Assembly: GCA_036172245.1 (NCBI GenBank)
Contig: JAYWIR010000053.1
Coordinates: forward strand, 744,001 to 808,000
DNA from: Raillietiella orientalis
Lineage: Eukaryota
DNA length: 64,000 nt
Reading direction: 5' to 3'
Each line of letters begins with the position of its first letter. Positions within the stretch are counted from its first letter, which is position 1. Below are positions 12,781-26,389 of the stretch, piece by piece. Made by a program: the position numbers and the translations under genes. Below the pieces are notes generated by a model. The model did not search any database. It was not told the origin of the DNA and was given only the letters and a program-made list of their open reading frames with translations.

Positions 12781-13500
12781 CCTCGGAGATGTGCCCACGC
12801 TGGCACCCGGCTGTGGCTCCTGTCTACCGGCAGCCGATCAATGGGACTCCCACTCTCGTGGCCGCGCCTATTCCAGCACCACTTCCGAGCTTCCGTCTTC
12901 CTGGCTCAACATTTCGCTTTGGAACCCTAGAACTTGGGCAGGGCAGGGGGGTCGGCCCCCGATATCGGCTGATTAAGGAGACCATCAGCTCTGGCTTTTA
13001 CGCCATGTTGCTGCTTCTACCCCAGCGACCAGGTGCGTCTGCTCCTTATGGGCGAGGGCATTTGCGCCCAGCCATCGATGGTGCTCCTGCTCCAAATACA
13101 TGTCAAATGCCATCACCATCGCGACGTCCTTGGGATGGACAGCTGGAAGACTGTGTCTGGTAGACCCACCTCAAAACATCCTGCTCAAGACGCTTAGTCC
13201 GTGTTCCCCCAGAACACCATGGCGTCACGTGGGAAAAAAAGGGACCTTCCCTCTCTCTCTGCCTTCCTTCAAGAGGTATCTTTTTTCATTTCCTCATTTG
13301 ATGCTTCTCTTCACATCAATGCCCGGGTTAGTAGCCTCTAACCTGCCGGCCGGGTATTACGCAGCCATTCTGGAAATCTTGAGACTCCTGCTGGGACCAG
13401 TCCCCTACTTCGCGCTTCATTTTCCCTTTTATTTTTGTATGTCCGCTCGGCAGTTTGCAGCAGGATCCCCTACTTTACCTTCCCACCCCTCAAGACAGAG
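12780..13500 (+). pseudogene. LINE 3' end fragment
   Basis: NAITIATSLGW...PPQNILL resembles the C-terminal peptide of the other copies and is followed by a pyrimidine-rich UTR. Confidence 0.35.
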
Positions 13501-13879
13501 TCATCTATTCAAAGTCAATCTGAACATCTGATCGGTTTCCCGTTGCCTCAGGCAGCTTCCTCGAGCTACTCGAAGCTGCGTGGAGGAAGCCGCGGCGGAA
13601 GGAGGAGCGGATGTGGCAGGTCCCCGTAGCCAGCCGACCGTTTCCAAGCCGACCGTCCGGTCCTCGACGCCGCAGCACGAGTTGTCGATTTCGTTGATCC
13701 TTGGGCGCGCCACTCCGTTCCCGAGGAGCCTCTGCGCGCGAGAAGTGCGCTCAGCAGGTCCGAAGGTCCACTTGGTGGCACCGGGGTGGCTCCGGGAAGA
13801 CTTCCTTTCTTTGACCGTCTCTTCAATTCCGCACCCCGGGCCGTTTCTTTCAAATAAATCAATAAAGAAAAACGGGTCA

Positions 13880-15560
13880 AGATGGATGCCTTCGGTCGCA
13901 GCGACCATCGCCACTGGGGCGAGCGGCACAAGAGAGGAAGAAAGGAATGGGAACTGGTGGCCAGATTTTCGTGGGGTCCGCGTGGGAAAGGAGTGGAATG
14001 GGAGGGGGGAGGGGAGGGAGGAACTGGTGCTGAGTCGGTCTGCACACGGGTGGAGGACATCCATGCACCTCGCACTTCCGGGTGGTGCATTTCCCTGCGT
14101 TGCTCTTGCTGGCGACGGCTGCTACGGAGGACGGCCACGCTCCCTCGCCAACCAGAGGGCATCCCTCAGACCCTCCCAAAGACGCTCGTCTCTTCGAGAG
14201 GGTCCGAGTCGTCCAGAGAGCGCGTGTCCGTCTCCGAGGCGACCTTCCGCATCCGAGGGCCGGCAAGCGCGGCAGGGTTGCCAGCACTCCTCGGGAGTTC
14301 TCTCTCCGACGAAAACGTGGTGCCGACCCTCCACGCTGGCGATCCGCATGGCCCCTACAGGAAGTTGGCTCGGTCGAGCGACGCTCTGGTCAGGGAATCG
14401 CAGGGGCACCGCCCCGCAGGAAGCGGCTATGCGCGGCGGGACCGGGGTCCGCGGGGAGGGGAGCGCGTCTGCGACAAGGGCGAATCAGCCCTTTTGCGTG
14501 GGCTGCCCGCGGTGGTCTTGGCGCCCGAAGCGTGCACTCTCCGGCGCACCCTTGACCCGGTGTCTCGAACGATCTCTACTGGAAGCAGATGCGAGGTGAC
14601 GGCGGTGCTGCCCGAGGTTACCGGGGGCCACGCTGCGTCGCTCCGTGTGCCGTGGCCGACGGCCGACGGAACCTCTTCAGCATCACCCCTCTTTACATCG
14701 CCCCAATCAGAACCTGACTACCCAGCATCACCGAACCGGCAAACAATTGGGATCGCGGGAGGACTCATCCCCCCTCCCTTTCATCTCACTCCGTTCTGCC
14801 CTCCGGGACTCGGGAGTGGTGAGGAGAGCCCATTGGCCGGAATCCTGCAACGACATCGTCCACAAGTCGGGCACATTTCGTGTGGCGAATGCGCTTTCAG
14901 GAGAACGGTCGAAGAGTTCCCTGATGGCGAGTAGCCACACGGAAAAGCAGCTGGAGTTCCTGAAGGAGTTCCCCATAACGACCCGGCACACGGCGGGAAA
15001 CGCTGGTGGTGATGGAGATGAGATGAGTGAAGAAAGAGGTGCAGGCGCTTTCGGTACGCTGCGGTGGAACTGTGGAAGTGCCCGCTGGCATTGCTGAGAC
15101 CCGTTTCGGGGCCAAGGACGTGCATTCTTGGGAAGACGGTCAAATCGCGAAGGCGGGACTCCTGCCGGACAGTTCTTTTTCCTTCCGGTTTTCCTACTTC
15201 CTTCGCAACGCTCCTTCGGGTTGCTCGCCGAAGTTACGAAGCGCAGTCACTGGTACATTTGCGGGCGCCACAATTCCATTCCAGTCTGGGACCCCAGAGC
15301 GCTCCTCTGGCTTTCAGTTCGAAGGCACCACGCCCGCAGCATTGTCACCGCTGCAGATTTTCCATAGCGAGTCAGGGAACGAGGTCCTCCGTCTGCAATC
15401 CGACATCTGCAAAGCACCCGACGGGGAGTGGAGTCTTGAAAATGGGGTGGGGGTACGGATGCTTTGACTTTCGTGCGATGAACCTCGGTTCAGGCTGCTT
15501 GGATGTTTTCGCCGTGCAGTAACGCGTAGCCACGTTTCAACCGCGTTCAAAACTTGATCC
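13880..15560 (+). pseudogene. Degenerate LINE ORF1-like region and APE start
   Basis: LDVFAVQ* (DI..LQET-like) at ~15500-15522. The upstream frameshifted GC-rich region has an EFLKEF peptide similar to ones near 40900 and 52150. Confidence 0.3.
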
Positions 15561-15699
15561 ACGCGTGCTCTCGGAGAGGAGGCGCGTGGCCGGAAATCAA
15601 CCGCCCCTTCCTTATCTATCAGGGCGTCTCGATTTCTCAGGGCAAGTCAAGCGAAAGTTCTCAGCGTTGGACCGTCCGCTTTCTATTGAGGAGAGGAGG

Positions 15700-18600
15700 G
15701 GAAAGTACATGGCACATTCGTTACCTCCGTCCGCAAGCCAGCAGACCTATAAAGCAAAGGCTGATCCTTTAAGAAACAGGGAAATTCATTGGAGCTTTTT
15801 TAGGCTTGTGTGTCCGCGTTTTCTTTTTTCAGCTTTTTCAGCAGCTTTTTTCAACTTTTTTGGCAGTTCTCCTTCCGAAGACGCGTTAGGATTCATCCAG
15901 CTCTGGACTTCGGGATTCTGCTGCGGCAGCAAAGAGATCCCGCAACGAGACGCCGTCGTTTGACATCAACAAGATGTTTTCCTTGCCGGGTTTCCTGCCT
16001 TCCATGCTTCACACATCCAATGACCACCGTTTCGTTCCATCGGAGCTGCAGCGGCTTTGTCCCTCCGCCGTCGTCTCGGTGGCGCTATTTTTCTCTCGGA
16101 ACAGGAAACTTCACGTTCGTCGTGGTTGTCTGCGAGAGTTTTTGAACGCGGAAACCTTCGGTTCTGAGTTATCATGCAAAGATTTCAACGTCCTCTCTGC
16201 ACCGCTGTTGCTTCGGGAAGAAGATGTCGTTTCGAAGTTCAATAAATCGAGGAAAACAAGTTCTTAACGGGTTTCGGGCCACACATGTGGGTTTCCTATC
16301 AAGCTGCAGTTCAGACCTGCGGTTTCCTGAAAAGACTCAGCAACGATATGCAAAGTGGACTGAGTCTCTTCAACCGAAAGAATGAATTCTAGGTCCAGTG
16401 TTCCTTTATGAAGTTTTATCAAGAATCCAGTTGCCGAGGGAACCAATGGCTGTCGTAATGTACGAGGCAGTGACGTTTACGAAAGAGTGGCTGTACGTAG
16501 AACAAGAAGGGCATCAGACAACGGAATGTTCCAGAGTGTCATTTGCCTTACGACTTCTTAAATGTTTTCAAGCAATTACGCGGGAGGACATCTTGAAACG
16601 GAGGAAACCTTTTCCATCTGCTGTGTCCACGAAAAGATAAATCAGTGAGGAAGGTGGCGTGTTTCGGTGATCCCTTCCAGAGGTATGATGGTTCCACATA
16701 TCGCCAAGAAGCTTGCACATAAGAGCAATGCGGGTTACAGGTGGTCTGGAAGCAGCGTTTTGATCCCTGCCAGCCGCAAATTCATGAAACTAAGAAGCTG
16801 AAAACAAGAATTCCATTTGTTGGTAGAGTGAATTACAGTCGCTGGTCAAACTTGTGTTTCAAGCTGAACGCCTGTGAAAAACCACGTTGCCATCCAACTG
16901 TTTAACTTTGGAACTCCTGAACGCTTCTGGAAAGGCAGGTGATGAGCTTCACGAAAGAACAAAGTGAATATTAGAGACGAGAAAACACTGTGGAATGCAA
17001 GAGCAGGAATATAAATTTCCCGTTGATGATCCAGCAAGCATTGAGGAAGAAGGTCCAAGGGAATTTCTGGGAAGCTTCATTCCTTAAGAACACGCACTTG
17101 CAGGAAGGGAGCCAAAGTAAAGGCGGACGAGCCTCCACTAGGTGTCTACTTAGGCTGCTCACCGGGCAAAAGCCAAGGAAGACGAACACTGATCCAGAAG
17201 AAGGGTCATGACCAATTCCCTAACAATACTGGACGAAAACTCATTAGTACCGAGCTGGACGCCGATAGAAAGTCAGAGTGGATCAGCATCAACACCGGAC
17301 GAGAGACAGGAGGGAGCAAACTCGATAATGAAGGAAGATCAGGGTGGACCATCCACGGAACCAAATGAAATCGAAGATGTTTGGAGATTGAACAAGAGAA
17401 CCGGGAATTGGATTCCACGGAAGGGGTGAAGAGCGGACCAGCGGCATCTTTCTCGGTTGACAGTACGACCTTTTCCGACTTCGGCGGCGGAGCGAGAGTG
17501 ACCGCGCCATCTCAAAGGGAGAGGATATACAAGAACACCTCCCTTCTAGAAGAAATTTTCAATCAGAAGAAGAACCGCCGCGGGGGCAGGCAACCAGATA
17601 ACGAGAAAGAACTCTCCTGACCGAGAGGAACTTTCTGAGAGACGACCAGAACGCCCTTGCGACTGAAAAGACAAACGCCTTGTCTGTCGTCTTAAGCGCA
17701 GGAACCGTGCTGGTCTGTCGGGGCACCTCCTTCGTCCTTTCTGGACTCCAAGATGGATACAGTAAGGTCGGTACCCACAACCGAAAAAATGCGTCCTCTC
17801 CCGGCGAGGTAGAGACCGTCGTCCCGCTGTAGAGGACTCCACCCTGAAGCTGACGTGTTTGTTGCCAAAGCTTCGGCCACAAGGGCTACAGAGTTGAAGT
17901 TCTCCTCTAGGGTGAGCCCGCACGACCCGACCGCGCTAGCCGGGCGCTGCAGTGAGAGGATCTAAAAAACAACAGAAGTGCAAGGGAAGACAACTGGAAG
18001 CTCTCCTCACGTGTGCTCCGAGATGCGAAACAAAGCCATCAATGAAAGGTGAGGAACAACATGGTTGCCCGCAGGCCAAGGTCTTGCAAACGCGTCAAAT
18101 GAAAAACGCCCTCGTGAAGGCGGCGAGTTGCTGGTTTCCCCAATGCACGGGTTCATCGAACGGCTACAGTCAAGTACTAAAGACTGCCGCTCAACAAGGG
18201 TTTCATACGCCAGAAAAGTCCTGTCTTCGCGCTCATTGAAATCGACAAGCAGATCAAATAATGCCCCGAATAAGAATGTGAACTGATGTTAAAGCAAAGA
18301 CAGGTTACAGAAATGTGGTGTCACTACATTTCTGCACATGTCGTCATTGGTTATTGAGAGTGCCCTCTTCATTCGCATTAGTTTTGCTCATGTGCACTAT
18401 GCGAAGCACTGTGATTAAGTTCTTTCGAAGCCGTGTGAAGATTCTGAGCGTTTCCCTTGAGCTCACAAGCACATTGTCCAACATGGCAACTTGGGAACTT
18501 TGCATTTTGCTGTCGCGTTGCTTGCAGTTTCGAGCAGCCAGGATTCTTTGATGTCCTGACGGAAGGAACATTCGAAACTGGAAGTGGGTTGCTGCACCTG

Positions 18601-18700
18601 GAAAGAAGGTTCAGGGAACCAGAGCGAGAGAGGCTGTGCAGTCTCCCTCGAAGGAAAGTCATCCATTCTCAACGAAAACCCCATTCGCACGCGGGCCGAG
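15700..18700 (-). pseudogene. Highly degenerate hAT-superfamily transposase remnant, with an insert at ~17200-17950
   Basis: Motifs in hAT order on the minus strand: SGHQ...KNLITVLRIV (~18400), LFDLLVDFN (~18250), MNLRLAGIKTLL..P..LC (~16760), frameshifted DT(R)WN (~16535), LEFILSVEE...AESFQ (~16370). Confidence 0.4.
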
Positions 18701-19669
18701 GACGCACGGGAAACCAGGACCAGTTCCTTCTGCCAGTTATCTCCGTGAGTACCAAAAGATCAACAGCAACAAAGACAGCCATGATCAAAGACAGCACCCG
18801 CCAATCCATCATAGAAAATAGATAGAACCAGAATGCTGTTCTGGATGTATGTCCAATGAAGCATCTCCGAGAGGTGCTGAAGGAACGGGGTAAACGAAGG
18901 GTTCCGCGGAAGCGACGGCAGCAGTCCTGTCTCCGCGCTTGGTCGGGAATTCTTTCGTGCCTCGGGGGTAAGACTGCGGGAAAGCAGAGGCGGAAGGAAG
19001 GGAAATCCGGGAATGGCTTTTCGAGGATGAGGGAGGAGGAATAACTCACCGGGGAAGGCATGATAGTGCAGTTTTTCGATTGAGGGAGGAGAAAGATGAT
19101 GGATTGGCGGATGCACGCAAGAAGACCAGGAGCGAACGCGAGGAAGCGGTGCCTCGTGCGGAAAGTGAAATGCCGCGCAGTCCATCACAGTCAGCGGAGA
19201 GGTGTTCCGCAGCTCTCATCTGGGATTCCCTCGGGAGCGGCGCTCTCGGCTCCATCCATTTGCTTTCTGCTGGCTGCGGCGTCTCCCGGGCGGCATCCCT
19301 TCGCGGGCATTCTTGCATTCCCGGCGCGTAGAGGGGAGGCGGCTCTCTCCACTTTCCTCTCGCAGGGGCGGCTCCTGCCTCTCGGAACCTTGAACGGGGG
19401 CGCAAAAGGAGCAGGCGGAGGGAAGCGCGCCTCTGGTGATGGGCGCGCGAGAACGGTCACCCCGGAATAGGATGCGGGGAATCGACTTCCGGTTCACGAG
19501 CACCCTCGCGAGAGAAACCCCCGATAGGAGCGGCCCGTGCATGATCCCGGCGAGCGCATCTGGAGATATTAACGCACGGGGACGCCGGTGTGGGGTCGCT
19601 AATCTCCCGTTTAAGAGAAAGGATTCCCCGCAAAGTCTCCGGTGAGGATGAGGAAGTGACGAATCCCGG

Positions 19670-19960
19670 ATTAACTGGAGGCTCGGGGGACGCCATCAAC
19701 GCGACACGCGACACCATCGCTTCCTTTCCTGGAAGCAAACTGGGACACCTCATGTGAGGAATAAAAGCTAAGCAGGAGCCACCGGGAAAAACGCATATGC
19801 TTCGCAGCTACTTCCGGTAGGCGGGTCCCTGGGTGACGCGCGAAGACCTCTGCAATTCCTGCGGCCAACCGCAATAAAGGGGTAAAGAAAGGCCATGAAG
19901 GGACTGAGGCTGGGGATGGATGCGAGCGAATCGGCGAACCTAGCAAAGGCCCCACTCTGA
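19670..19960 (-). pseudogene. LINE APE endonuclease N-terminal fragment
   Basis: EVFARHPGTRL (D.F.LQET.L-like) followed by RKGSDGVAC (GGVA motif). Confidence 0.35.
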
Positions 19961-22900
19961 CCGGCTTCCTTTCATTTTAAATGAGATTGTGGACTGGCTT
20001 CTTCCCACCAGTACTTGCGGGGGAGGAAGAAATTCCGAGGTCCTGCGGACGCACGGGGAGGAAAGACGAAGCGTCGGGAATGGAGTTGCTGGAACGGATG
20101 AGATGCCATGAAGATAGGAGCAAAGAGCGAGGCGGAGATGAATCAAAGTTCAGCATTGGAAGGACAGCGGGTGGAGGAATAACAAATGGAGGATGCTGTG
20201 AAATGATGCAAGGCAGAACGGCCGCTCTTATCTTTGCCCACACTGGGACTGCGCGGAAAGAGTAAAGCAGGAAAGAAGAATGAAGAAGATCCAATGGACT
20301 CCCGCGGAATCGATGAGGATCTCTCCGAGCCCGAAGGAGAGTTCCGGGCCCTCCCCGGTGGAACAAGGAGATCGACCAGGACACTAAAAGGAAAATTCCC
20401 AGGAAGCAACCTCGGGCTGCTTCAGTCCCCACCGTCTCGTCGGTCCCTATGCTCCCGCCTTATGCTGCATCGGGTCGTTCCTTATGGACTGCCTCAATCG
20501 ACATGGAAGTCGACGAAGGGAAGCACAGTCCGCTCTGGCGCCGCCTGCGCCTCCCTGAACGCCAGGCGGTTCGGCAGCTACGTTTCCAAAGTACAGCAGC
20601 TACGGGGAAAGACGTTGAGCTGCTCCGCGCCAACATGAATCCCGCGTCGAGATTTCGAGCCGCCCTTTGGTGCTGCCGCGTCAGCAATTCGACGCGCTGT
20701 CCAACCGGCAAGAAGTTCTTTGGTGCTTGCAGATGTCGCGGGCTGCTTCCTCCCTTCCTGCTCAGCTTCTCGGTCATCACCGCGATATTTAGATGATTCG
20801 ATAGTGTGAGATATGTTACCTGAAGACGCTCATGGATGTGGTTCCTCAGAAAATCACGGAAGGAGACAAGAAATCATGTCTTATGCAGCTTCAGTGCGAT
20901 GGAAGAAAGCGAAACTAGAAGAAAAAGAGACAAAGCAACTCAGAAAGCAGATCTTGACGTCACCAGGAGGACACTGCTACCATCATGCATATGTGACTAT
21001 TGATGACCATTTGAGAAGGAGGGATTTTCGAGCCCAATGACCGGAGAACAGCTTAGAAGACGCAACAAGAACGTGTGACTATCATGGGCTCAGCTCGGTT
21101 CGCTCTGCTCGGGCATGCTGACGGTCGCCCACACCCTTCCCCCGGTAAAAAGAATTCCCGAATATGAGATCGGCTCTCCGCGTGGATTTGGTTTCCGGGA
21201 AAACAACCCGCACGAGCCGTGTTGCTACGGAGTGAGGGTCAAGTGATCTAATGAAGAAAGCTTCTTGAGAGCCTGTTCGAATCATTCAACACGGAGGTCT
21301 CGAACTTCCTCATCGATTACAACCCTCTGTGGAAGTTACGCTGTCATCCCTCGGGTGACCTTTTCTCCATTTCACGGTCATCACAACGTTCTTACTGATC
21401 TGTTAGCCATGGAGATCCATTGTTCATCGCCCAGCGCAGAAAATGCCTTTCTGAAACCTCACCTCACCTCCATCCCTCTAGTCTTTGGAAGACTCCCAGA
21501 TGTGAACGGTCCAAAAGCAAGTCGCCGGGTCTGAAGATTGGAGCCGGTGGCGAGATTCGAAGCGAAAGGGTAATCGTCTCACCCGCTGACGACTGACTGA
21601 TAAGCAAGGAAGAAGATTTCACCGGTGTCCTCGAAATCTGCTTCAGGTCATCCTCCGTTACGTGCAACCTGCAGAGCGCACCCACCCTTCACTTTCAGCG
21701 TCATCGAATCCCCGCGACGCTCGGAAAATGCGCACCTTTTCCCAATTCCAACAGACTACTTTTCTGTGCTTACAGCCTGTGTAAGCTGAAGATTATTCCA
21801 ATGCCTCCGTACGTCTTCAGCAGGTCTTGACAGCATGACCGGCATCCCTACCACAATTTTTTTTTTTGCTGACTCTTTACTATAGTACAGAATGCTGTAC
21901 GTTTGTCATCATCCCGTGCGTTTATGGTACTTCTGAACTAAAGCAAATCTGAGCATCCTTTCCTGTGAGCTACGGTGTACGGAGGATGCTACTTGCAAGG
22001 GTGGCAGGCACCATGTTCTTCACCAAACAGACATTAATCAGCTGAGTGTGCTCGTGTTGCACCGTTCATACATCCAATTCTAACGATAGCTGTTTTCAAT
22101 TGGTGTTTCATAAAAGCATTTTGTACAATCTTCATGCATACTTTGATGCTTTGCATTCTTACATAACTTTTCACACACATATGAAACACTCGGAGGCGAC
22201 TCCGAAGTGCAAAGTATGCATGAAGTCTGGGAACGGACCCGAATTAAATAATTGGTGGTGCCGTCCCAAAATGCTAACTCGGGCATCCTGACCATCCACT
22301 GGATCGGGCAGGAGTCGGAGTGCAGGTGCAATTCTGAATCCTGTACCTAGGTGCGAGATTGCAGTCTAGCTACTGGTGTGCTCCGGCACGCCACATCCTC
22401 CAGCGATGCGCGGCAGGCGCAGGCCTTTTTTCGCTGATGCCGCGCAACTTACGTAAAAGGACTGCATTTGCTTTCCCAGAGTGCACCCAGAGAAACTGCA
22501 ATCGCTGCAAAATCTCCTATGCAAGCTACTGAAAGATCTGCAGGATCTGTGATCCCGGATAGCTGTCGCACATATTGCCACAGCACTGTCTGCCCTCAGG
22601 GCAAGAAACGGCACAGAAGCCAACCGGCGGGTAAAAGTTTTGCAAAATGGCAGAAGTCTAAAACTCCTGAACTGCTGCAAGGCGAGTGAGCTGTGGACGA
22701 TGCCACTCCTCGTATCTGGGCAAAGGAACTCCATCGGTGGAGTGAACTGCTTGGTGTGTCACCTAAGAAGTGATAGTGCCTTCCCTCTGTGGTGAGAACA
22801 CCACCGTGTTCTCACCACGGTGGAAACACGATATCCTGCTGTGGAGGCACTAGGGATTCCAGTGCAACCAGCCAAGGCAACTGCTTTCCGGGGGAGTTGT

Positions 22901-23104
22901 CTCCCCGAACTGCTTAAGGTCGCACCTCTTCTTGGACCGCAATGCCCTGGAGGACTTGTGGCACGAGCTTGCTTCGGCGCTCCGACAGCCTCAGTACACC
23001 GCTACGGACAGCAGGTCCGTAGCGGAGGTGTTGCGAGATTATTGCCAGTTGAAAACTTGCTGTGGCGCTTCATCACTGGGCGCAGGCTCAAGACGGGCGC
23101 TGTG

Positions 23105-25182
23105 ATTTAACACCCAGTTTGCGCCGGGGCATTTATTTCTCTTAGGAAGATCGATGGAGCAAAAAGTTCACCCATTGCAATTATTATGCTAAAACTAGAA
23201 GGTTGGCGAGGTCCATCACATCCGCGAAGGGGAAGAAAGATAAAAAACAACTGAAAAAAAAAGAAACAAACTATAACAAACAATAAAAACTAACAAAACC
23301 AAAAAATTAGTTGGGGGGAAGGGAAAGGATTACATTTCGATGCAGGGTGTGGCCTCTGCATCTGTTGAAGCATGCGGGAGAGCTCCTCCTTCCCCCTTAC
23401 CAGGTGGAGCCAACTACAAGCTTTCTCCAGGAAGCGGATGGCACGCAGGACAGCTCCAACGTCTCTCGGCGACGCACTTGGCCGCAACGACACCGCGCAC
23501 GCAGCACAGCGCTGCGATTGCGACTGCGGGCGTCACGGTGTCCCTCACGAAGAGAGGTCTCAAAGAGTCTCTGGGATCATCCATGGGGTGCGGAAGGGAC
23601 GCAGAGAAATGTTCCCACAAGTCCCGGAGGGCCACGTTCCCACTACGAGTTGGAGGAAGGTCTCCTTCTCTCCACACCTGGCACAGTTCGGCGCTTCCTC
23701 TCGTCCAGTGGTGCTGGAGCGCATTGCACGGGAGACCCCAGAGCAATATCAGCAGCGCCTATTGCTGTCGTTTGAGGGGAAGCAGCTTGCTGTCCATAAA
23801 TAACGGGGGCACTTCCGACTCTTCGGGCCGAATGGAGAAGAGTTCGCTCCAATGTTCCAGCCCTTTGGAGACGAGTGTTGCTGTTGCTGAGTCAGCCAGC
23901 TGTCTCGTAGTCCAGCCACCAATAGACTTCCTGTGGTCCGAGATCTCGCAGGAAACCTCCCGCTTCGCCGGTAGGCAGATGCCATGTACCCCGACAGCGA
24001 AGGGCACCGCTGCGGCAAAGGGGGTGGCTGGTGGCTAGGCCAACATAGTCAGCTCACTATCCACCGCCTCCAGTATTCTTCTGAAACTCTCAGCAGCGGA
24101 TAACTTCTGGAGGGACCCGGTTGAGCTTGGTCCACATCCTCACTTTCTGTTGCCGCCAGGTCGGAGTGTTCGCAGGGTGGCAGCAAATCCACGTGTTCGC
24201 TCTCACCAGAGCAGCGACACAACGGAGAGGGAAGCCTGAAGATGGGAGCCGGTGGTGGTGACACGCAAACAGGGTTGCGAGTCCTTCGACACCGACCGCC
24301 AGCCGGGAGAGCAAACGTTCAGGAGCGCACCAATGAGTAGCCCAGTTCTGTGTTAGTCTTCGGGAGTTCAGTTGAACTTTCGTGCGCTCCACCTGTCAGT
24401 AGTCCAAGTCCTCCGTCGCGACGAGGAGCGCACAAGTCTTTTAATCGAACTCGGGACCTCCCATTGCCTCAGAGGGCTGTACGAAGGAGGCCCTTCGTCC
24501 TTTCCTCCACATCAGGAGGAGCTCGGCAAACAAAAAGCAGAAGTCGGAGGACGGCAGCCACAAAAATGTTCCAAATGACGGCGCGCTCCGGCAACCGGAA
24601 GTTGCCTTCTTTGAACGGACCGAGCGCCGACTCTGCCTTCTAGAGACAGCCGGACCACGCTTTCGTAAGGGAAACTTCCCCCAACGGCACGCCGTTCAGG
24701 GACGTGAAGTACCGAACCGTGGGGATTTCCAAACGAACCCAGTCCGACTGCCCAGCCCGCGTCGCGCCGACCGGACACACGCTTGACCTCTTTCTGTTCA
24801 CTTCCATGCCCGCTTCCCTGCTTGGTATCTCGGAGAAATCCTCGATTTCGTCTGCAGGGGAAGACATGGGGAGCAGCAGCAAGAGGTCATCTACATAGGC
24901 CGACAGGGCCGGCATACCGGCGCGCGAGCTCGGCTGGGAAACCAGAATATCCCTGTACGCCCTCAGCAGCAACTCGAAGTAGGTGCTGAAGAGCAGGGGG
25001 CTCAGGCTGTCTCCCTGTCTCGCACAGGAATGCCGTACACGTGCCGGCGGCTGGAAAAAAACATGTATCAACGCGAAGCGCCAGCTGGAGCGCAGATAGA
25101 CCAGGAAGACGTTCGGGAATCCCAATCGTTCCAGAAGATCCAGGAGGGCTGTGATCGCAATGGTATGCTGCCTCCGTGCCAT
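23105..25182 (-). mobile_element. 5'-truncated L1/Tx1-like LINE: RT to 3' end, disrupted
   Basis: ORF 24640-25182 has RQGDSLSPLLF, SAYVDD and GMEVNRKRS. KDLCAPRRDGGLGL at ~24400-24450. C-terminal AIRFLEKACSWLHL. Terminal hairpin at 23113-23128 next to AATAAA. Confidence 0.9.
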
Positions 25183-25550
25183 TTGCTGGAGTCTTGATAG
25201 CAGCGAAGAGAGATTACCAGCATGTCAGCAACCCTCATAAGGACAACAGCAAGGTGGCCACCTCTGCCGGAAGAGGTCATCGCTGAGATTGCCACCATTC
25301 AGGGCCGCTTTTAGGGAGAAAGGGACAAATCAAACCAAAGTCCCCTGTCTCTCGTCTTTTAATTATTTACTCATTGTCCCTCCCCTAACTCTGTTTTTTA
25401 CTCTTTAGAAGCCGGCCTGCGTGCCAATGGTAATCCCAATAAACTTTTTCTTTTCTTTGTCACTTCTTGTATTGAGGCACTGTTCACCTCTGGCCTGTGG
25501 TTCATTTTTTTTTTTTAAAATCTTCCGGAGTCACGGGATATACAAACCTC
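25183..25550 (+). mobile_element. LINE extreme 3' fragment
   Basis: WPPLPEEVIAEIATIQGRF* matches SHLPENIRNEISGIQRRF* (45132 ORF). The UTR is similar to 32130-32345. Confidence 0.75.
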
Positions 25551-26389
25551 GCTGGGAATGTCCACGTGAGATGAAAGGAACAAGAATTCCGTGGAGGATT
25601 CCTGAGGCATGCGTTTGCCGTCTCCTCCCTGGAATTTTTCCTCCAGAAACGTTCGATGCCTTCCGGGAGAGGAGACTGCTGTTGATGCAGCAGCGTGCAC
25701 CGAAGAACTCTGGTGCACCAAGGGCTCTGGAGCTCCCTCCTCGTCGCGGCCGCATCTGGTCCCCGAGATTACGCGGCAGTTTGCATGACTTGACGCGAGG
25801 ATTCGGTGCCATTGTAGACGGCATTGGAGTCACACTTGAGATTTGTCTTCGCCGGGGACGTCCAAGCAGTGGTTCTCCGCCAACGGTGAGGTTCCGTCAT
25901 GCGAGCTGGGCTACACAAGCGATCCACCTCTAGGGCGTTTCCTGAGCAACTGTGGCATCCACAGCATCTGCTTGGAATGCTTCTGAACCAGGAGCTCCAC
26001 CCCTCCACAGGTTACGCGTAGACTCCTTGCGATCAAACCCAGATGATTGTCCTACGGTCACCTGGTATGTTATCTCTCCTTCTTTGATGGCTATTCGCAG
26101 CGTTTCTCTGAAACATAATACGTGAAGATGCGGCGCTGCTGGGCTGTACCAGGAAAAACGGGCTCACTTGTTCCGCTGCATCCTGGCGTCGAGTCTTTGT
26201 TCCGAGTTCAAGGATAGGCCAGTCAGAATCCGACCCGATGGACCCCCGGCTTCGAGGGAGACAGGCCGCGCGGAGCGTACTCAAAGCTCGCCTTGCCGGT
26301 GGACATGGCATTCCTCCTTCAATATCGAAAGGTCAGTCATGGCATGTAGTTGTTGGGAATCAAAGAGAGAAGCAGACATTCGCGAGAAT

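Noticed and set aside
13580..14934. Longest ORFs (339 and 350 aa) as genes
   Set aside because: They overlap in several frames, are R/S/G/P-rich with no domain, and are typical of GC-rich decayed retroelement DNA.
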